This document shows positions 56,822 to 64,000 of a DNA stretch of 64,000 bases, piece by piece. The position numbers and the translations under genes were made by a program. Under the pieces are notes generated by a model, which had not been told where the DNA came from, searched no databases, and saw only the letters and a list, made by a program, of their open reading frames with translations. Numbering within the stretch: the stretch's first letter is position 1; each line of letters starts with the position of its first letter. Source of the DNA: a virus (Duplodnaviria; Caudoviricetes); the IMG/VR virus record IMGVR_UViG_3300028792_000003, positions 27,794 through 91,793 of that record; one strand, 5' to 3'.

Positions 56822-59690
56822 GAACACCAGGCTGGACGCACGGGCCGAAGCGTTCCTGGAGGAGAAGGCAGTCGTACGCACACCCGGTGGCCGAGTAGGC
56901 AGCGACGACAAGCACGGCAGCAGTGCGAACGGCACCAACTGGGTGGAGCGGTCCAAGCCCGGGAAGAAGGGCAGCCTGCCGCGCTACATCCGGATCGTGC
57001 GCAACGGGTTGATCAAGGACGGCAAGTCCGAGTCGCAGGCAACGGCGCTGGCCGTGTCCGCGATCAAGAGGTGGGCTTCGGGTGGCGACAACGTGTCGCC
57101 CAAGGTGCAGAAGGCCGCAGCGCAGGCTCTGGCCGAGTGGGAAAAGATGAAGCAGTCCGCACATGCGAAGAAGGATGACGCGCCGGATTTCCAGGACGAC
57201 TGGTCGGAATCCTCTAGTCTTCAGCACCAGGACCAGAACACCACTGAGATGAAAGGCTCGACAGCGATGCACATGGAGCACAAGTCGGTCGGGGTGAGTG
57301 GCCTCAGCGTCGTTGACGAGACCAAGGGCGTCGTGGAGACCATCGTCTCCGTGACCGGCATCGTGGACAACGTGAAGGACATCATCGAGCCGGGCGCGTA
57401 CACCAAGTCCCTGAACACCCGCACTCCCAAGGGCGTCTGGAGCCATTCCTGGGACACCCCTGTTGCGAAGACCATCGCAGTCAAGGAACTGATGCCAGGA
57501 GACAGCGACCTGCCTGCCAACCTTCCCAGCGGCCTACCCTGGCCTGCTGACGCCGGAGCGCTGCTGGTGAAGACCCAGTTCAACCTGGGCACCCAGCGCG
57601 GGCAGGAAGCCTATAGCGACGTGACCTTCTTCGGTGACCAGCAGGAGTGGTGCGCTGACGCCGACACGGAGATCCTGACGCAGCGTGGCTGGGTCCGTTA
57701 CGACGACCTGACCACGGATGACCTTGCCTACACGCTTGATCCGCAGATGGCGGTGGGTCGCTTCGAGAAGGTCGAGGCGGTCAACATCTGGGAAGACAAG
57801 ACGCGTACGATGCGCAAGATCGAGACCGGTGGGCACTCGTCACTGACCACTGCCCAGCACCGCTGGCCCGTGGTTCGAACGATGACGGGCGGGCATGTCG
57901 ATTGGAAGACCACCGACACACTGGACACTCGTGACCAGTTCTTCCGGGCAGCACAGCGAATCGACGCGCCCATCGAGGCCAAGTACAACGATGCCTTCGT
58001 GGAGATTGTTGCGTGGTTCTGGAATGAGGGGTGGGTTCCTCCGGCAGACCATTCGGATGCGGGGTTGTACTTCGCGCAGTCTGTGGACAAGAACCCACAG
58101 CACGTCGCCGCCATCAGGTCTGCGCTCCAGCGGGCGTTCAACGGCCACTGGACCGAGCGGCACAGCAACGATGGCATGGCGCGTTTCCGGCTCACCCGGG
58201 AAGCGGCGAGCCACGTCCTGGCAGTGACCGGGGAGCACAAGCAGCCGCTTCCGGAGTTCATCACGTCGTTGACCACCGCGCAGTTGCGACTGTTCATCGA
58301 GAAGTGCCTCGATGGGGATGGCCACCGGGCCAAGGGCGGTCAGCGGACGTGGTACCAGGTTGAAGATGCGTCTGTCCGTGCGTTCGAGATGATCTGCGCA
58401 CTGGCTGGCGTTCCGACCAACACAAAGGCGCAGAAGGACTATGGCAATCGTCATGGTCGTACTCCGCAACGAGTGGCACTGCTGAAGTCCGGCATGGTCG
58501 GTCCGCTTGCTTCAATCAAGACGAAGGGCTACGGCTACAAGACGGGTGACCCGCGTACGCCGTCCACTGACGAGTGGGTCGAGCACACCGGCATCGTCTG
58601 GTGCCCGACAACTGCTTCAGGCACCTGGCTCGCTCGACGCAATGGTTCGATCTACTTCACCGGCAACAGCATCGGCTACCAGGTTCCGGTGGGTGGCGCG
58701 ACCATCGACAGCAAGACCGGCCAGCGCAGGATTCACACGCTGGAACTCTACGAGTACAGCCCCGTCCTGTTCGGTGCCATGCCTGCCGCTCGTACCCGGA
58801 TGGGCGAGTTGGACGGTGTGAAGTCGGCTCAGATCGCGTTCAAGTCGATGAGCATGAATCCCGTCGAACTGAAGGAGTGGGCCGGTGAGATCAACCTCGA
58901 CATCACGGACTTCCTCGAAGCAAAGGACGGCAAGCCCAAGAACAACAAGCCGTCTGACTCGAACGAGGACGAGGACGATCTCTTCCTCGCGGGTGACGAA
59001 GAGGATGCAGAAGACGCAGCCGACGGTGGCATCGACGAAGCCGAAGAGGACGACGAAGACGACACCGCCACAGCCAAGCGCGGTCACAAGTCCGCGTACA
59101 CGGCGTGGGAGCACGAGATTCTCGTCAAGGCCCACGACGCCATCGGTGCAGTCCTTGGATTCGGGAACACGACCGACGCGGACGACATCTCCGACCTCAC
59201 CGAGCAGAAGGGTGCAGCCGATCCCAACGGCGACGACCCCGAGGACTCCGGTGCAGGCGGCGACGGTGGAGCCGACGAAGCCGACGAGACGTCCTCGCTT
59301 TCCGATGTTGTCTCGAACTTCGCGGAAGTCCTGAAGAACAACGAGATGGATGACATCGAGTCCTACGCGTCTGACTTCGATGACGCCGTTGACGGAAGCG
59401 ATCCGGATGGCGCAGAGCAGGCCGGTAACGCGATCCTGGACATGATCGAGGGCATCGAGGAGCCGGACAGCGACCTGCGGGAAGCGTTCAGCGCAGTGGC
59501 CCGTGCCATTGCCGATCTCGCCCCGGAGGCAGCCGGTGACTCTGCTGCGCAGACGGACAGCGCTGGCAACGATGCTCCTCCGGCTGACGAGACCGACACC
59601 CAGAAGAAGACGGATGACGCGGTGATCACCATCGAGACGAAGCAGTTGGATGCTTTGCGTGCGTCGTTGCTCGGGAATTACAGGATCTAG
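56814..59690 (+). CDS. HK97-type prohead (capsid maturation) protease with intein, N-terminal extension and acidic C-terminal scaffold-like region
   Basis: VDNVKDIIEPGAY, WSH, G.EAY, EW|SIGY, LYEYSPVLFGAMPAAR. Confidence 0.9.
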   Translation: MPRNTRLDARAEAFLEEKAVVRTPGGRVGSDDKHGSSANGTNWVERSKPGKKGSLPRYIRIVRNGLIKDGKSESQATALAVSAIKRWASGGDNVSPKVQKAAAQALAEWEKMKQSAHAKKDDAPDFQDDWSESSSLQHQDQNTTEMKGSTAMHMEHKSVGVSGLSVVDETKGVVETIVSVTGIVDNVKDIIEPGAYTKSLNTRTPKGVWSHSWDTPVAKTIAVKELMPGDSDLPANLPSGLPWPADAGALLVKTQFNLGTQRGQEAYSDVTFFGDQQEWCADADTEILTQRGWVRYDDLTTDDLAYTLDPQMAVGRFEKVEAVNIWEDKTRTMRKIETGGHSSLTTAQHRWPVVRTMTGGHVDWKTTDTLDTRDQFFRAAQRIDAPIEAKYNDAFVEIVAWFWNEGWVPPADHSDAGLYFAQSVDKNPQHVAAIRSALQRAFNGHWTERHSNDGMARFRLTREAASHVLAVTGEHKQPLPEFITSLTTAQLRLFIEKCLDGDGHRAKGGQRTWYQVEDASVRAFEMICALAGVPTNTKAQKDYGNRHGRTPQRVALLKSGMVGPLASIKTKGYGYKTGDPRTPSTDEWVEHTGIVWCPTTASGTWLARRNGSIYFTGNSIGYQVPVGGATIDSKTGQRRIHTLELYEYSPVLFGAMPAARTRMGELDGVKSAQIAFKSMSMNPVELKEWAGEINLDITDFLEAKDGKPKNNKPSDSNEDEDDLFLAGDEEDAEDAADGGIDEAEEDDEDDTATAKRGHKSAYTAWEHEILVKAHDAIGAVLGFGNTTDADDISDLTEQKGAADPNGDDPEDSGAGGDGGADEADETSSLSDVVSNFAEVLKNNEMDDIESYASDFDDAVDGSDPDGAEQAGNAILDMIEGIEEPDSDLREAFSAVARAIADLAPEAAGDSAAQTDSAGNDAPPADETDTQKKTDDAVITIETKQLDALRASLLGNYRI
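57651..58667 (+). mobile_element. intein with LAGLIDADG endonuclease in the prohead protease
   Basis: CADADTEILTQRGW, TAQHRW, AWFWNEG/KCLDGDG, VWCP...FTGN followed by Ser. Confidence 0.92.
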
Positions 59691-59795
59691 TGCTTTAATC
59701 GGCACTAACGAGTTCGCCACAGTGCTGACTGGTGGCAAGCACTCACCACACAGAAGTACCCAAACAGCACCCACTTGGAAAGGTAGGAAACCGCG

Positions 59796-61172
59796 ATGTC
59801 TGTTGACACCACGCGGGTGGCGGAACTCGAAACCGCTTACCAGGAGAAGGTCGCCTTCATCAACGAGGGCATCGAGAAGGGCGTCAAGGTCGATGGGGCC
59901 AACGTCGAGATCAAGTCGGACGACTGGAAGGCCCTGGAGGCGGCGCGCGACGACGCTCTTCAGATCAAGTCGCTGATCGGCATGCAGTACATGGGCGACG
60001 AGTTCAAGTCGTTCATGGGCAACATGCAGGCGATGGCCGGTGACGGTTCGTCCACCGCTTCTGTCGCTCTTCAGGCGGCGCAGCAGATGCAGCGTCCCGA
60101 GATCAAGTCGCTGGGCGCGGCGTTCACGGACTCCGAGGAGTTCAAGTCCCTGCTGAAGTCGGGCCGGATGACCATGGACACGCCGTTCACGATGGAGGCG
60201 CACGACGTCTCCGCGTACGGCACCTACGGTCAGAAGGACGTCTTCGGGGCGATGTCGGGTGCGCAGCACACGATCAACCACGGCTTCGGCTCGATTCAGT
60301 TCGACCCGATGATCCCCCGTCCGCAGCGTCCGACTCGTGTGCGTGACCTGTTCCCGGTCGCCACCACGAACGCCAACCTGATCGACTACTTCCGCGTGCT
60401 CGGCTTCGCGGAGAACAGCGGCCAGGGCAACGCGCTTCCGGTCCGGGACCGCGCTGCTGCTGATGGCACGTCCAACCCGGCTGGGAACAGCACCGACACG
60501 TTCGGCCTGAAGCCCAAGTCGAACCTGACCTTCGAGTCGGCTCAGGCTCCGGTCCGGACCCTGGCCCACTGGGAGGCCGCGCACCGCAACGTCCTTCAGG
60601 ACGAGCCGCAGTTGCAGTCCACGATCAACAACGAACTGCTCTACGGCCTGGCGCTGGAGGAGGACTTCCAGATCCTTCAGGGCGACGGCACCGGTGAGAA
60701 CCTGCTCGGCCTGCTGAACGCGAACAACACGCAGTCGTACACCCAGGCGTCCAGCGGCGGTACCCCCACGGAGTTGAAGAGCGATGCTCTTCGCCGTGCG
60801 GCCACCAAGGCGTTCCTGGCGTACTACCCGGCTACGGGCTACGTGCTGCACCCCTACGACTGGGAGGACATCGAACTCCAGCGGGGCACCACGAACGACC
60901 AGTACATGCTGGTCACGAACATCGCGGTGGGTGCGCAGCAGCAGGTCTGGCGTCAGCCGGTGGTCGAGACCCCGGCCATGCCGGAGGGCACCTTCGTCAC
61001 GGGTGCCTGGGGCATCGGTGCGCAGTTGTACGACCGTCAGGTCGCCAACGTGCGGATCGCGGAGCAGCACGCGGACTTCTTCGTGCGAAACGCGGTCGCC
61101 ATTCTGGTTGAGGAGCGGCTTGCATTTGCTGTGAAGCGTCCCCAATCCTTCGTTATTGGTCGCTTCGCCTGA
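59796..61172 (+). CDS. major capsid protein, HK97 fold, with N-terminal delta-like domain
   Basis: VRDLFPV, KPKSNLTF, VRTLAHW, EDFQILQGDGTGENLLGL, FVRNAVAILVEERLA. Confidence 0.95.
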   Translation: MSVDTTRVAELETAYQEKVAFINEGIEKGVKVDGANVEIKSDDWKALEAARDDALQIKSLIGMQYMGDEFKSFMGNMQAMAGDGSSTASVALQAAQQMQRPEIKSLGAAFTDSEEFKSLLKSGRMTMDTPFTMEAHDVSAYGTYGQKDVFGAMSGAQHTINHGFGSIQFDPMIPRPQRPTRVRDLFPVATTNANLIDYFRVLGFAENSGQGNALPVRDRAAADGTSNPAGNSTDTFGLKPKSNLTFESAQAPVRTLAHWEAAHRNVLQDEPQLQSTINNELLYGLALEEDFQILQGDGTGENLLGLLNANNTQSYTQASSGGTPTELKSDALRRAATKAFLAYYPATGYVLHPYDWEDIELQRGTTNDQYMLVTNIAVGAQQQVWRQPVVETPAMPEGTFVTGAWGIGAQLYDRQVANVRIAEQHADFFVRNAVAILVEERLAFAVKRPQSFVIGRFA

Positions 61173-61175
61173 TTC

Positions 61176-61205
61176 TTGACAAAGAAGTCCCCCTTCCGGC
61201 ATGAT
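61176..61205 (+). promoter_or_regulatory. sigma70-type promoter for the HNH gene, embedded in a hairpin
   Basis: TTGACA-N18-CATGAT. Confidence 0.55.
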
Positions 61206-61252
61206 GGCTACTTGCGTGAATAGTCATCGAATCCCGGAAGGGGGATTTCTTT
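61181..61252 (+). terminator. 19-bp hairpin after the capsid gene that also covers the HNH RBS
   Basis: aaagaagtcccccttccgg / ccggaagggggatttcttt, ending 1 nt before the ATG. Confidence 0.7.
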
Positions 61253-62023
61253 ATGGTAGTGGAAGCGAAGAACAAGAGGACAGGGCGACCGCCTAGTAAG
61301 GCAAACGTCGTCAGTGTGAAGTGTGAGGGGTGTGGCAAGTCGCTCACTAGATTCAAGTCTGAGTACGACAGGAACAAGACCAAGCGGTTCTTCTGCGGGG
61401 CTGATTGCCGAAACACGGTGGGCGTCAAGCCGCGTCGAAAGCAGAACCTGAAGTGTCCCGGCTGCGGGGAGATGTTCTACCCACGCGATGACCAGCAGCA
61501 GACGTGCTCTAGCGAATGTCGGTATGCAGTTCAGTCAACTGCTGTGGTCTATACGAAGAAGTGCAACGGTTGCGGCAAGAAGTTTGAGACCAAGAGGGCC
61601 GCTGCGCTCTACTGCAACCAGGCGTGTCGCTTCCCGAAACGACGAGTGAACACCTACAAGTGTCGCAACTGCGGAAATCAGATCAAATCGAAGATCGCTC
61701 GTAAGTTCTGCGACCGTGATTGCTTCTACGAGTATCAGACGGAAAACGCTCAGGGCAGCGTCAACGAAGATGGCTACGTGATCATCTCGGTAGATGGCTT
61801 GCTGAAGAAGCAACACCGGCACGTCATGGAGCAGCACCTGGGACGCGCTTTGATCCGTAGTGAAACCGTCCACCACAAGAACGGCATCCGCGACGACAAC
61901 CGGATCGAGAACCTCGAACTCTGGTCTTCGTGTCATCCTTCCGGCCAGCGAGTGCAAGACCTACTAGCATTTGCCCGGAAGATCATCGAAACGTACGAAC
62001 CCATCGAAGCGGCGATCACATGA
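61253..62023 (+). CDS. free-standing HNH endonuclease with four Zn-finger repeats
   Basis: repeated CxxC...C...C; HRHVMEQHLGR.L...ETVHHKNGIRDDNRIENLELW. Confidence 0.92.
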   Translation: MVVEAKNKRTGRPPSKANVVSVKCEGCGKSLTRFKSEYDRNKTKRFFCGADCRNTVGVKPRRKQNLKCPGCGEMFYPRDDQQQTCSSECRYAVQSTAVVYTKKCNGCGKKFETKRAAALYCNQACRFPKRRVNTYKCRNCGNQIKSKIARKFCDRDCFYEYQTENAQGSVNEDGYVIISVDGLLKKQHRHVMEQHLGRALIRSETVHHKNGIRDDNRIENLELWSSCHPSGQRVQDLLAFARKIIETYEPIEAAIT

Positions 62024-62176
62024 CGGTCTACAGGGCCAGACCCCGGGAGCAGAAACTGTTCGGCCAGGATTGGGTCGATCACGGCTACCCGGTGTCTCCC
62101 ACGTTGGACAGTCCGGACGACTGCCCGGTGTGCCAGAACAGTCAGAACCTCTGTACAGGATCAGGAGCAAGCCACC

Positions 62177-62884
62177 ATGGCGAAGCAGCAGCAGGGCAAG
62201 CAGAACAAGACCACCGGACCGGCCTCTTCGGGGACTACCAGCAACGTCTCCAAGACAAACGACCCGTCCAACACGACGCCGGACCCGACTCTGAAGCCGG
62301 AGAGCCTGTCCGACCAGAACCCGACGCCGGGGACGGTCACCCCGGACAGCAACTCGGGCAGCAACAGCAACCCGGAGAACGCGGCATCGACTGGCAGCGT
62401 TCAGGAGGGTCAGCCGGGTCAGACGGACTCGACCTCCGGTCAGGACTCTGGACCGGACTCGACTGACGGCCAGCAGGACGGCCAGGACGGCGGTCTGCCG
62501 GGCCAGGACACCACGGACGGGCAGGAAGACCCGAACGGGGACGCCAAGCCCGCAGAGAGCGCCTCAGAGGCTCAGGAGGATGGCGCTGGGGAGCGGGTCA
62601 GCCCGAACCTCGCGGATGCGATCCGGAAGCACCCGGGCCAGACCGCTCCGGAGGGACGGATTCTGGAGGTGGGCGACCCTCTGGAGTTCGAGGGCGAGAA
62701 GGTCGGTCGCAGCATCGTCGTCAAGGAAGACGTCTACCGGCGCTACATCCCGCGCGGGGCCAAGCGACCTTCGTACGACCTGCTGTACCGCAAGGGCACC
62801 GTGCTGAGTGCGCTGTCGGTGGAACTGCACAACGAGCGGGTCAACAGCGGCGAGAACCTGATCGGTGGACCTGGCATCGTCTGA
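62177..62884 (+). CDS. hypothetical low-complexity protein downstream of the capsid gene
   Basis: AGGAG RBS, codon bias. Confidence 0.65.
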   Translation: MAKQQQGKQNKTTGPASSGTTSNVSKTNDPSNTTPDPTLKPESLSDQNPTPGTVTPDSNSGSNSNPENAASTGSVQEGQPGQTDSTSGQDSGPDSTDGQQDGQDGGLPGQDTTDGQEDPNGDAKPAESASEAQEDGAGERVSPNLADAIRKHPGQTAPEGRILEVGDPLEFEGEKVGRSIVVKEDVYRRYIPRGAKRPSYDLLYRKGTVLSALSVELHNERVNSGENLIGGPGIV

Positions 62885-62942
62885 CCGACGAATGACCGGC
62901 GAGTGATCGGCAAGTGACCGGAGTCGCTAAACCGGCGAAACC

Positions 62943-63005
62943 AAGAGCGGTGCCTGACAATTGTTCTGAAGCAGGACTTCGGAGTGGTCAGGCACCGCTC
63001 TTCTT
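62943..63005 (+). terminator. terminator-like hairpin
   Basis: aagagcggtgcctgac...gtcaggcaccgctctt. Confidence 0.65.
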
Positions 63006-63048
63006 GTGTACGGACTACTGACGAAGAGCAACAAGAGAGGCAACTGAA

Positions 63049-63660
63049 ATGTCTACAACCTGGATCGTGGTCTACAACACCTCCCGCAGCGGAGCGACCG
63101 TTCTGCTGGACGGCGGCAGGACCGTCGATGCCGACGAGTTCGACTACGCGTTGCTGGAAGACCCCAACGTGCAGAAGGCGCTCACGGCCGGGCGGCTGAA
63201 GCAGGTCACTCAGTCGATCAACCCCAACGACACCACGATCCGGCAGGACGCCCGGGACGCCGCTGCCCAGGTACTCACGCTGTCCGGGCAGTCCTACAGC
63301 CCGCCGCAGCCGGACCCGACTCCTACGTCGTGGCCGCAGATCGCGCAGATCGTGGGCACCGGCAGGCTGTCTGCGGACGCCATCCAGAAGCGGATCGCCC
63401 GGACCCCGGAGCAGATCATCACCGGAGCACTCACCCGGGATGCCAATGGAGCCGTCACCAGTGCGGCAGTGACCTGGCCGGACGGAACTGCGGGAGTGTT
63501 CACCGCCACCACTGTCAGCACCGCGTTCCCGGGTGCGGTCGATGCCTACACGATCACCTACGGCAACCCCACGGTGCTGAAGACCTACACCCAGCCTGCG
63601 GTGACGCGGGACTCGACCACGGGTGCGGTCACGAACTGCCCGCCCATCACGGTCACCTGA
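63049..63660 (+). CDS. probable virion structural protein
   Basis: TRDANGAVTSAAVTWPDGTAG...TQPAVTRD motif; Thr-rich. Confidence 0.65.
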   Translation: MSTTWIVVYNTSRSGATVLLDGGRTVDADEFDYALLEDPNVQKALTAGRLKQVTQSINPNDTTIRQDARDAAAQVLTLSGQSYSPPQPDPTPTSWPQIAQIVGTGRLSADAIQKRIARTPEQIITGALTRDANGAVTSAAVTWPDGTAGVFTATTVSTAFPGAVDAYTITYGNPTVLKTYTQPAVTRDSTTGAVTNCPPITVT

Positions 63661-63716
63661 TCTCGGTTCTGCCACCAGCCAACCAGACAGCCAGCACCAG
63701 GAAGAGAGACAGACCC

Positions 63717-64000
63717 ATGGGACTACTTGACGTTCCTGCGGTTCCGGCAGCGAACCTGCTCCAGAAGTGGAAGCAGAACACCTACTACGCGGCTGGCACG
63801 CCGGTCATCAACCCGTCCGGAGACACCGTTGTAGCCAAGGTGAACTTCACCAGTGGTTCGTCGTACGACGGTGCCAATTGGGATACCCCACCCGGGCTAA
63901 GGGCCACTTATGCCGGACTCCGAGCCCCGACCCGCTTCGACCCGACCGGAAAACCAGACGGAGCCATCGGGTCAAAGATGGACACCGGACAGGCGGTCAC
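63717..64000 (+). CDS. probable virion protein (3' truncated) with CBM5/12-like N-terminus
   Basis: MGLLDVP...WKQNTYYAAGTPV...FTSGSSYDGANW; start resembles MGILDAP of 51357. Confidence 0.6.
   Translation, partial: MGLLDVPAVPAANLLQKWKQNTYYAAGTPVINPSGDTVVAKVNFTSGSSYDGANWDTPPGLRATYAGLRAPTRFDPTGKPDGAIGSKMDTGQAV

Noticed and set aside
58617-61202. Long minus-strand ORFs (861 aa here; also 45769-47400, 49762-51315, 20400-21857 and others)
   Set aside because: Antisense shadows of strongly biased high-GC + strand genes; no motifs or RBS
61930-62466. ORF overlapping the HNH end and the 62177 gene (possible start 62020, CPVC motif)
   Set aside because: Extensive overlap with a better-supported gene; at most a short or remnant ORF, which I cannot resolve

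Overview
A 64-kb segment of a large, high-GC (about 63-65% by eye) tailed dsDNA phage, most likely infecting an actinobacterium. Almost every gene is on the + strand; the one exception is an HNH gene. Left part (1-31 kb): replication, recombination and accessory genes, including a MoxR-type AAA ATPase with its VWA partner, SSB, DnaE-type polymerase, RecA, Hjc-like and RuvC-like resolvases, a Cas4-like nuclease, ParB-DUF4417, agmatinase, a histone H1-like protein, a JAB peptidase, a HIT protein, tRNA-Leu(CAA) and several structured non-coding stretches. Right part (31.8-64 kb): TerS, three wall/peptide hydrolases, TerL, a portal-MuF fusion, head accessory genes, an HK97-type prohead protease and the major capsid protein. 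Five inteins and two free-standing HNH endonucleases are present. The most novel-looking system is a set of head-module proteins that share a repeated K-[AST]-V-R-x-V...G-[TS]-[IV]-I tag and a ~70-aa domain. One of them is a 1156-aa polyprotein (2H phosphoesterase + ADP-ribosyltransferase + Zn finger + topoisomerase IB), suggesting protease-released capsid cargo. Other notable items: an ART gene coupled to an RNA polymerase alpha-CTD mimic that lacks the Arg265 equivalent, a switch-like structured RNA upstream of dnaE, and apparent AGCT avoidance matched by a TTG-reading tRNA. All family calls come from motifs recognised by eye; no searches were run.
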